Part shown: in pieces, positions 7,738 to 17,440 of the stretch
How the letters are laid out: each line of letters begins with the position of its first letter
Numbering within the stretch: position 1 is the first letter of the stretch
Assembly: GCA_963699635.1 (NCBI GenBank)
Contig: CAVOUQ010000021.1
Span: forward strand, 1,816-25,815
Source of the DNA: an uncultured Actinomycetes bacterium
Lineage (GTDB): Bacteria > Actinomycetota > UBA4738 > HRBIN12
DNA: 24,000 bases
Direction of reading: 5' to 3'
Made by a program: the position numbers and the translations under genes
The notes under the pieces: generated by a model
Seen by the model: the letters and a program-made list of their open reading frames with translations, nothing else
Database searches by the model: none
What the model was told of the DNA's origin: nothing

Positions 7738-8364
7738 GTGTCGGGGGGATCCGTTCGAGATCGACTGTCGTCGTTGTCGCGCGGTGAGCTGATCGGCGTC
7801 GTCGTGGTGGCCGCCGTCACCCTGGCGGGTGCCGGCCTCTGGTACGCCCGGTCGCTTCCCAGGCCGGTCGAGGTGCTGGCCAGACCCGAACCCCCGCCGG
7901 TCCCCGCTCCCGGCGGATCGCCGTCGGCCGCGCCCACGGCGATCCTCGTCGACGTGGCCGGGTGGGTCCGGCGTCCCGGCGTCTACGAGTTCGTCTCGGG
8001 TGCCCGCGTGATCGACGCGATCGAGGCCGCGGGCGGGGCGCGGCCGGGGGCCGACCTCCAAGCGCTGAACCTCGCGGCGCCCCTCGCGGACGGGACGCAG
8101 ATCTTGGTCCCCAAGGAGGGCGCCACGCCGGTGGCCCCTGTGGGATCCGGATCGGCGGGAGGCGCGGTCGACGGGCTCGTGAACGTCAACACGGCGACCA
8201 ACGCCGAGCTCGAGACCCTGCCCGGGATCGGCGAGGTGACGGCCCAGGCCATCATCGACTACCGGACGGAGAACGGGCCCTTCACGACGGTGGACGAGCT
8301 GCTCGACGTCACCGGGATCGGGGACGTGACGCTCGAGAACATCCGGGAGTTGGTGACCGTGTGA
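7738..8364 (+). CDS. comEA: ComEA-type DNA-binding competence protein (SLBB + helix-hairpin-helix)
   Basis: GTG 7738 follows GAGGTGAGG (7724-7732). N-terminal transmembrane segment. C-terminal helix-hairpin-helix region VNVNTATNAELETLPGIGEVTAQAIIDYRTENGPFTTVDELLDVTGIG. Confidence 0.9.
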   Translation: MSGGSVRDRLSSLSRGELIGVVVVAAVTLAGAGLWYARSLPRPVEVLARPEPPPVPAPGGSPSAAPTAILVDVAGWVRRPGVYEFVSGARVIDAIEAAGGARPGADLQALNLAAPLADGTQILVPKEGATPVAPVGSGSAGGAVDGLVNVNTATNAELETLPGIGEVTAQAIIDYRTENGPFTTVDELLDVTGIGDVTLENIRELVTV

Positions 8365-10751
8365 CCGGCTGGCTCCTTCCGGGCCTGGCCGCCGGGACCT
8401 GGCTCGGCCTGCTGGCCCGGCCGGCGATCGGGGAGCGGGCACCCGTCGCGGTCTGGCTGCTCCTTTGCGCCGCCGCGTTCGTGGGGGCCACGCTCATCGC
8501 CCCCTCGCGGGTCGATCCGGTCGATCCGCTTGCGGCCCTCGGCGAGTCCGAGGCGCCGACCCTCGCCGCCGTGGAGGCGGTGGCGCCCGCGCGTCTCCGG
8601 CGGCGGCGAGCACCTTCCTGGGTTCCGGTCGCGCTGGTCGCGCTCGGCGCCTTCGCGCTCGGCCTCGGGTGGGGGAGCGCTCACGCGCATCGGATCCAAG
8701 GAGGGTTCCTCGCCCGCATCGCGCCGGAGCGGGTCACGATCGACGGCGTCCTGCGGACGGATCCCAGCCTCGACCCGGACGGCTGGTCGGCGGTCGTGGA
8801 CGCTCGCGTCGTGCTGGTGGACGGCGTCCGCACGGCCGTCCGCGAGTCGGCGTGGGCGAGCGGCGAGAGCCCGGCACCGCCCGCCGTGCGCGGCGACCGC
8901 GTTCGGTTGTCGGGCCGGTTGCTCGTGCCCGAGGATGCGGGCTTCCGCGGCTTCCTCCTCCAGCACGGGCTTGTCGCCGAGCTCGAGGTGAACGAGGCCG
9001 TTCGGCTGGGCCCCGCGTCGGCGCCCATCATCCGCTGGACCCAGCGGTTCCGTGCACTCGTCGGCTCCTCGATCCGGTCGCTGTTTCCGCCGCGCGAGGC
9101 CGGGCTGCTGATGGGGCTCGCCCTGGGCGACGATTCCCACTTGGATCCGGCCATCGAGCGCGACTTCCGAGCGAGCGGCCTGTCCCACATGCTCGTCGTG
9201 TCGGGCGAGAACGTCGCGATGGTCCTCGCGCCCATGCTCGCGCTCGGCTCTCTGCTCCGGCTCTCGCGGTGGCCGAGGTTCGCACTCGGGCTCGGCACGG
9301 TCGTCTTCTTCGTGGTGCTTACGGGGGCCGAGCCCTCGGTGCTCCGCGCGGGCGTCATGGCCGGCCTGACCCTGCTCGGCCTGCTCCTCGGCAGACCCAG
9401 GAGCACGGCGACCGTCCTCGCGGCGGCCGTGTTCGGATTGCTCGTGATCGACCCCGCGCTCGTCTGGTCGGTCGGGTTCCAGCTCTCGGTGGCCGCGACG
9501 GCGGGCATGCTCGCGCTCGCCACGCCGTTTGCCGACCGGCTGACCTTCCTGCCGCGGGCTCTCGCGCTCGCGACCGGGGCGACGCTCGCGGCCCAGCTCG
9601 GCGTCACCCCCATGCTGCTCTACCACTTCCACGAGGTGCCGCTGTCGACGCTGTTCGCGAACGTACTCGCGTTTCCGGCCGTGTCCCCCGCCCTGCTGCT
9701 GGGACTCGTCGCGGCCGGGTCGGGGCTCGTCTGGGAGGGCCTCGGCGGGCTGCTCGCAGGCCTCGCCCTCGTGCCGATGCGATACCTCGAGATGCTCGCG
9801 GACCGGGCGGCCCGCGCCCCGATCCCGTGGATCACCGGCGGCGGCCTGGCGACGCTCCTGCTCGGGCTCGCGCTCGCGGCCGGCGCCGCCTGGTGGATCC
9901 GGTCGGGGCGGCGCCTGCCCCGGGCCGCCGTGATCGTCGGCGTCGCGCTCCTGCCGGTGCTCGCCTGGTCGAGCGCCCTTTCGGCCGGCCCACCGCGGGG
10001 CCTGTCGGTGCGCTTCTTCGACGTCGGCCAGGGGGATGCCGCGCTGCTCACGTCGCCGGGCGGTGTCTCGATGCTCGTGGACGGAGGTCCGGATCCCGCG
10101 CAGGTCGCGACCGAGCTCGTCGCCCTCGGCGTGAAGCGGCTGGACGTGGTGGTCGCGAGCCATCCGCACGCCGACCACGTCGTGGGCCTTCCCGCGGTCC
10201 TGGCCCGCGTGCCGGTCGGGCTGCTGCTGGAGCCCGGGTGTCCGAGCGAGTCGCCCGACGCGGCCGCACTCGCCGAGGCCGTCGGGGCCGAGGGCATCCC
10301 GGTCCGCCACCCTCGCGCCGGCGACGTGATCCTGGTCGGCGACGTCCGCCTCGAGATCCTGTCGCCCGATCGGTGCTGGACGGGCACCGAGTCGGACACG
10401 AACAACGACGCGATCGTGGTCCGGGCGAGCCTCGGTGAGGACTCGATCCTGTTCGCGACGGAGCCGGAGGAGCCGGCCCAACAGGTGCTGCTCGATGCCG
10501 GGGTGGATCTCACCGCCGACGTACTCAAGGTGCCGCACCACGGCGCGGCCACCTCGATCGAGTCCTTCTTCGAGGCGGTGCATGCAGAGGTGGCCGTCGT
10601 CAGCGTGGGCGAGAATACCTACGGTCACCCGGTGCCCGAGGTGCTCGATCAGATCCGGGCGACGGGCGCCGAGGTGCTCCGGACCGATCTGGCCGGCGAC
10701 ATTACGGTCACGTTCGCGGGTCGGGGTCTGCTCGTAGACTCCGAACCGTGA
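8361..10751 (+). CDS. comEC: ComEC/Rec2 DNA internalisation channel with a C-terminal metallo-beta-lactamase domain
   Basis: In-frame part of ORF 7962..10751. GTG 8361 overlaps the comEA stop (GTGA). Polytopic competence domain followed by VRFFDVGQGDAALL...ASHPHADHVVGL. The ORF-track extension upstream of 8361 lies out of frame over comEA and is Arg-rich filler. Confidence 0.9.
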   Translation: MTGWLLPGLAAGTWLGLLARPAIGERAPVAVWLLLCAAAFVGATLIAPSRVDPVDPLAALGESEAPTLAAVEAVAPARLRRRRAPSWVPVALVALGAFALGLGWGSAHAHRIQGGFLARIAPERVTIDGVLRTDPSLDPDGWSAVVDARVVLVDGVRTAVRESAWASGESPAPPAVRGDRVRLSGRLLVPEDAGFRGFLLQHGLVAELEVNEAVRLGPASAPIIRWTQRFRALVGSSIRSLFPPREAGLLMGLALGDDSHLDPAIERDFRASGLSHMLVVSGENVAMVLAPMLALGSLLRLSRWPRFALGLGTVVFFVVLTGAEPSVLRAGVMAGLTLLGLLLGRPRSTATVLAAAVFGLLVIDPALVWSVGFQLSVAATAGMLALATPFADRLTFLPRALALATGATLAAQLGVTPMLLYHFHEVPLSTLFANVLAFPAVSPALLLGLVAAGSGLVWEGLGGLLAGLALVPMRYLEMLADRAARAPIPWITGGGLATLLLGLALAAGAAWWIRSGRRLPRAAVIVGVALLPVLAWSSALSAGPPRGLSVRFFDVGQGDAALLTSPGGVSMLVDGGPDPAQVATELVALGVKRLDVVVASHPHADHVVGLPAVLARVPVGLLLEPGCPSESPDAAALAEAVGAEGIPVRHPRAGDVILVGDVRLEILSPDRCWTGTESDTNNDAIVVRASLGEDSILFATEPEEPAQQVLLDAGVDLTADVLKVPHHGAATSIESFFEAVHAEVAVVSVGENTYGHPVPEVLDQIRATGAEVLRTDLAGDITVTFAGRGLLVDSEP

Positions 10752-11710
10752 CACCCCCCAAGGCCCCCAAGGCACCCGTCTACCTGTTGTGGGGCGAGGA
10801 CGAGTTCCTGCTGCGTGAGGCGGCGCTCGAGGTGCTCGGCGCCGTGCGCCCCCGCGAGGTGGACGGCGCCGATTGGCAGGGCGGGGAGACCGGCGACCTG
10901 GCGACCCCGTCGCTGTTCGGCGAGGCGCGCGCGCTCCTGGTCTCGAACGCCAAGGGCCTCACGGAGGACGGCCTGCGCGAGCTCCGGCGCTACCTCGAGA
11001 GCCCCGACCCCGAGGCGCCGCTCGTGATCGTCGCGACGGTCGGCGAGCGGGCCAGGGCGCCCGCTGCGCTCGCCAAGCTCGTCGGCGGCGTGGGCACGGT
11101 CGTCGAGGTGAAGGTCCAGCGCAAGGACCTGCCGAATTGGGTCATGCAGCGGGCCGCGGCGAAGAACCTGAACCTCGCGCCGGAGGGGGCGAGCGCGCTC
11201 GTGGGCACGCTCGGGGAGGGCCCGGGGGCGATCGATCAGGCGCTCGACCAGCTCGCCTCGGCGTTCCCGGGTGCGCGCGTGACGGTGGACCTCGTTGCCC
11301 GGCAGTTCCGCGGGCTCGGCGAGCAGCACGTCTGGGATGTCTGCGATCGCGCGTTCGGCCGCGACCTACCCGGGGCCGTGCGCTCGCTCAGGACCCTGAT
11401 GGAGGCCCGAGGCGAGGGGCTCATGATCCTCGGGGCGATGGCCGCGCGGTTGCGCGACCTCATGCGGGTCCGCTCCCTGCCCGATCGCACTCCGCCGGCG
11501 GAGCTCGCGAAGCGGGCCGGCCTGCGGTTCGAGTGGCAGGCCCGCCGCTACCGGGACCAGGCGAAGCGGTTCACGCTCGAGGAGCTCGTCCTGGTCCACG
11601 AGCGCATCGCGTGGGCGGACCGGGCGCTGAAGTCGGGTGCAACGGACGACGTGGTGCTTCCGATGGTCGTCGCGGCGATCGCCGGGGATGTGGTCGCGCT
11701 GCCGGTATAG
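10748..11710 (+). CDS. holA: DNA polymerase III delta subunit
   Basis: GTG 10748 overlaps the comEC stop (GTGA). Length is 320 aa. N-terminus PVYLLWGEDEFLLREAA is typical of HolA. It sits in the conserved comEC-holA-rpsT position. Confidence 0.85.
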   Translation: MTPPKAPKAPVYLLWGEDEFLLREAALEVLGAVRPREVDGADWQGGETGDLATPSLFGEARALLVSNAKGLTEDGLRELRRYLESPDPEAPLVIVATVGERARAPAALAKLVGGVGTVVEVKVQRKDLPNWVMQRAAAKNLNLAPEGASALVGTLGEGPGAIDQALDQLASAFPGARVTVDLVARQFRGLGEQHVWDVCDRAFGRDLPGAVRSLRTLMEARGEGLMILGAMAARLRDLMRVRSLPDRTPPAELAKRAGLRFEWQARRYRDQAKRFTLEELVLVHERIAWADRALKSGATDDVVLPMVVAAIAGDVVALPV

Positions 11711-11983
11711 CTACTGGGAGGCCGCGGCGCGGTTCGCGGTCTTCGCGAGACGCGACTTGTGTCGCGCGGCCGTCCGCTTGTGCACGATCCCCTTGGAGGC
11801 CGCCTTGTCGAGCGCTCGGCTCGCCTCGCGGGCCCGGGCCTGCGCCGCCTCGGCGTCGCCCTCGCCGGCGGCGGCGGAGACCTTCTTGGAGGCCGTCTTG
11901 AGCGCCGTGCGGACGCCCTTGTTGCGCTCGTGTGCCTTCTCGTTCTGTTTGTTCCGCTTGATCTGGGACTTGATGTTGGCCAT
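11711..11983 (-). CDS. rpsT: 30S ribosomal protein S20
   Basis: [35 protein letters not shown]..., 90 aa, an unmistakable S20 N-terminus. Confidence 0.97.
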   Translation of the reverse strand: MANIKSQIKRNKQNEKAHERNKGVRTALKTASKKVSAAAGEGDAEAAQARAREASRALDKAASKGIVHKRTAARHKSRLAKTANRAAASQ

Positions 11984-12042
11984 GAGCGACCGAGTGTACC
12001 AGCGGCCCTTCCGGTCCCTTGCGCTCGTACCATAGGCCCGCC

Positions 12043-13862
<1,820 letters not shown>

Positions 13863-13866
<4 letters not shown>

Positions 13867-14964
13867 GCGCGGGGCTGTACGTCCACGTGCCGTTCTGTCT
13901 GACCCGGTGCGGCTACTGCGACTTCAACGCGTACGCGGGTCTGGATCACCTGGCGTCTCGCTACGTCGCGGCGCTGTTGCGCGAGGCCGAGCTCGCGGCG
14001 CCGGCCTGGGCGGAGGAAGAGGTCGTGAGCGTGTTCCTCGGCGGCGGCACGCCGACGACGCTCGAGGTCGCCGACCTGAAGGCGCTGCTCGCGCATCTGC
14101 GGGATCGGTATCCGTTGACGCCCGATGCCGAGGTGACGATCGAGGCCAACCCGGACACGGTCGACGTCGCCAAGCTCGCCGGACTGCTCGAGGCCGGGTA
14201 CGCGAGGCTGTCGATGGGGGCGCAGTCCTTCGACCGTGCGGTGCTCGCGGCGCTCGAGCGGATCCACGACCCGGACTCGGTGCGGCGCGCGATGCGCGAC
14301 GCGCGCTCGGCGGGCTACGCGAACGTCAACCTCGATCTCATCTACGGCGCGGAGGGCGAGACGCTCGAGTCGTGGGAGCGGACCCTTCGCGAGGCGGTCG
14401 ACCTGGAGCCCGAGCACGTGAGCGCCTACGCGCTCACGATCGAGCCGTCGACGCCGCTCGGCCGGAAGGTCCAGCAGGGCGTCGTGCCGGCGCCCGACCC
14501 CGACCTCCAGGCGGACCTGTTCGAGCTCGCGTGCGCGCTGCTCGCGGAGGCCGGCTACGGCCACTACGAGGTGTCGAACTGGGCCAAGCCCGGCTTCGAG
14601 TGCGCGCACAACCTCGGCTACTGGGAGCGGCGGCCGTACCTCGGCCTCGGCGCCGGGGCGCACTCGTATCGGGACGAGCGGCGCTGGTGGAACGTGCGCC
14701 CGCCCGAGGAGTACCTCACGCTCGTCGAGTCCGGCCGGCTGCCCGTCGGCGGGGAGGAGCGCCTCGAGCCCTCCGACGCCTACCTGGAGGAGGTGTTCCT
14801 GCGCCTTCGGATCCTCGAGGGCATCCCGGCGAGCTGGGTCGAGCCGGAGAAGGCCGCTCCCGTTCCTCGAGTCCGGTCTGCTGCGCGACGACGCCGGCGC
14901 GCTCGTGCCCACCGAGCGCGGCATGCTGCTGCTGAACGAGCTCGTCCTCGCCCTCGCCGGCTAG
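13863..14964 (+). CDS. hemW: radical-SAM heme chaperone HemW (HemN-like), interrupted by one +1 frame change near 14859-14861
   Basis: GTG 13863 overlaps the lepA stop (GTGA). CxxxCxxC motif is CLTRCGYC. The reading frame (coordinate mod 3 = 0) is good up to ...[14 protein letters not shown]. The family-typical C-terminus [33 protein letters not shown] is in frame 1 and ends at TAG 14962-14964. Removing one C from the CCC run joins the two parts. Confidence 0.85.
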
Positions 14965-16837
14965 CCGCCTCCGTACGGGGAGGGAAGGTGGGCCCCGCAC
15001 AGCCCGCCGTCCTGCGCGAACGTCGGTCCGTCCGGTCGATCGGTTCCTCGAACGTGCCGACGTCGACGATCGACAGCGTTCCGTCGGGATTCAGGGCGAA
15101 CCACGTGGCGGTCGCCTGCCACACCGAGTCCGTCGAGTCGGGCGGAACCTGTGACGCGGAGGTCTGGATCAAGACACGCGGCCAGCGGGCAGCGGGGTCT
15201 GCAACGCAGCGCAGCGTGTCGAGCTGGAACCCGTCGCCCCCGATCCAGAACTGAGGTTCCGCACCGGCCGGCAGGCCTCCCTCCGGGTACCCCGGCGTCG
15301 ACACCGTGACCGGGAAGACCTCCGGCGGATCGGCTCGGACCTCGTAGAGGCGCAGCCCGGCGATGCTGAAGGCGATGTTCTCCACGAGGAGCTCGTCCGT
15401 GCCGTCGCCGTCGACATCGGGCGCCGCGAACGCCGAGCAGGTCGGATCGCACTCGAGTGGCCCGTAGGAGGTGTCGGCCAGGCCGTCCCCGGTCACGTCC
15501 ACCGCGACCACGTGGAATCCACCCTCGACGCTCGGAGCATCCGCCGGTGTCGCCCGCCTTCGTCGCCACGAACGCGGTGCCCGGACTCCGGCCGCGAACT
15601 GCCCGGTCACGCTCGTCACGTTGCAGACCGGAAACCCGAGCCCGATGTCCTCGCCGATCGGGCCAGGCGTCGCGGTCCCGGTGGGGGTCTCGAACTCGGC
15701 GACGGCAGGGGAGACACGCTCTTCACCCGGCACCGGTTGCCACGCGAGCGCAAACCCAGTCGATCGACGAGCATCCGCGGATCGGATCCGTCCGCGTTCA
15801 TGATGACCACCCCCGACTGCCTCCCGGAGGTCTGGGTGGTGAAGGCGATCGCCGTTCCGTCGGGGGACCAAACGGCGAATTGGTGCGGTCGCGTCGTCGA
15901 ACGTCAGCCGGGTTTGATCCGAGCCGTCGGCGTTCATCACGTAGATCTCGTCGGGCGCGGCGGATCGACAGGGGTGTCGGGACATCGCCACGGCGAGAGC
16001 GGAAGAGCGATCTGGTCCCGTCGGGAGACCACTGCGGCTCGAGGTCGAGCGCGGGGTCGTCCGTCAGCTGGAGATCCACCGACGTCTCGATGTCGATGAC
16101 GTAGAGGTCGATCCAACTCGAGGCTCGACATTCGGGCTCACTGCCGAGGCGAACGCGATGCTCGCTCCCGTCGGGCGACCAGTCGGGTGGTCACCCGACG
16201 TCGGTGATCATCCGGCGTCAGTCGCTGCTGCTCTCCGCGTCGTGACGTCGATCACGAACAGCGCGACCGTCGTCTCCATGCTCGGGCCAGATAGGCGAGG
16301 CGCGTCACCGTCCGGCGACCAGCTCGACGTCGGCGTTCGCCGCCGACCCCGTCAGTCGCCGGAGAGCTCAGAGCCGTCGGCCTCCATCACGAACACGAAG
16401 CGCCGTCGGTCCACGTTTGCAGCGAAGGCCAGCCGTGCGCCGTCGGGTGACCAGTCGAGTCCCGTGATCATGCCGGGGAACTCCACGAGTCGCGTGGGAT
16501 CGGAACCGTCCGCGCCGACCGAGGAGATGACGGAGGCGAGCCCGAAGTCGTTCGCGGCTTCCACATTCGCCACATAGGCGATCCGCCGCAGAACGCGACG
16601 GCGGTTCCGCCCCAGATGCCGGTCTCCGCTCCGATGCGGCTCGAAGACGCGCGAGAGCGCGAAGACACCCGCGCCGCTGCCGACGACGACCGCGATGGCG
16701 AGCACCCCGCGCTCGCGCTCTCGGAGCATCCGACGGCGCTCTCGCCGTCCGGATCAGGTGCTCGTACACGCCGCGTCGGGTCGGCCGGGCGAGCCGTGCC
16801 GCTCCAGCTCCCGGCGAAGGCGCTCATCGAGTGCCAC
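14961..16837 (-). pseudogene. sigma-linked single-pass membrane protein with TolB-like PD40 beta-propeller repeats and an FG-GAP-like C-terminal domain; needs at least 10 frame corrections (pseudogene or uncorrected sequencing indels)
   Basis: The minus-strand protein is spread over all three frames. The N-terminus VALDERLRRELERHGSPGRPDAA starts at GTG 16837. Then VYEHLIRTARAPS, then ORF 16352..16729 (transmembrane VLAIAVVVGSGAGVFAL, GLDWSPDGARLAFAA). Next come 15798..16079 (LEPQWSPDGT), 14780..15991 (EIYVMNADGSDQTRLTFDD, DVTGDGLAD, DVDGDGTDELLV) and 15616..15810 (VIMNADGSDPRML). The end of 14961..15569 gives [22 protein letters not shown]. Confidence 0.6.
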
Positions 16838-17393
16838 GGTCGTTCGCCTCCTCGGATTCGTCGACGCCGAGCGCGTCGGCCAGCGCGGCACGCGCCCGGA
16901 ACAGCGTGCTCTTCACGGTCCCCTCGCTCACCTTCAGCGCGGCCGCGACCTCGCGGGTATCGAGCTGCAGGTAGTAGCGCAGGACCACCGCCTCTCGCTG
17001 GCGGCGGGGGAGGCTCGCCAGCGCGCGCTCGAGGTCGACCGACCGTCCCGCTCCCGTCGCCGGGTCCTCCGACCAGGCCGATCCCCGCATCCGGGCCTTC
17101 GCCCGCCGCTCCGAGCGCAGCCGCCGGAGCGCGCTCCGCGAGAGGTTCAGCGCCACCGTCGTCACCCACGCGTTCAACGACTCGATCTCCTCGCCCTTCT
17201 CCGAGCGCTCCCAGGCCCGGAGCAGCGCCTCCTGCACGGCGTCCTCGGCGGCGGGCCGGCTCTCGCTCGCGAGCGCGATCGCCGCGACCAGCCGTGGATA
17301 GGCCGAGTGCAGGAACTCCTGGAGCGCGATCTCGTCGACCCTCATCGGTGGTCTTCGAGGGTAGGACGCATGAATGGGCTCCGGGGTTGTCAC
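16824..17393 (-). CDS. ECF-type RNA polymerase sigma-70 family factor
   Basis: Region 2 EDAVQEALLRAWER. Region 4 LPRRQREAVVLRYYLQLDTREVAAALKVSEGTVKSTLFRARAAL. Intact frame. Start is GTG 17393 or ATG 17345 (MRVDEIALQEF...). Confidence 0.9.
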   Translation of the reverse strand: MTTPEPIHASYPRRPPMRVDEIALQEFLHSAYPRLVAAIALASESRPAAEDAVQEALLRAWERSEKGEEIESLNAWVTTVALNLSRSALRRLRSERRAKARMRGSAWSEDPATGAGRSVDLERALASLPRRQREAVVLRYYLQLDTREVAAALKVSEGTVKSTLFRARAALADALGVDESEEANDRGTR

Positions 17394-17408
17394 GACCCTC
17401 GCCGGTGC

Positions 17409-17435
17409 CTAGCACTCGCCCCGGTAGACTGCTAA
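17409..17435. promoter_or_regulatory. CIRCE operator (HrcA binding site)
   Basis: The site reads CTAGCACTC-gccccggta-GACTGCTAA against the consensus TTAGCACTC-N9-GAGTGCTAA. Each half matches 8/9 with an exact 9-nt spacer. It ends 5 nt before the hrcA ATG. Confidence 0.8.
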
Positions 17436-17440
17436 TCGCG

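Noticed and set aside
16616-17440. The N-terminal 275-aa extension of the hrcA ORF, and the similar upstream extensions of comEC (7962-8360), the IPT/TIG gene (2295-2480) and the kinase (6169-6309).
   Set aside because: The extensions overlap other genes or are P/R/S-rich filler. Family-typical N-termini, ribosome-binding sites or stop/start overlaps mark the shorter starts.
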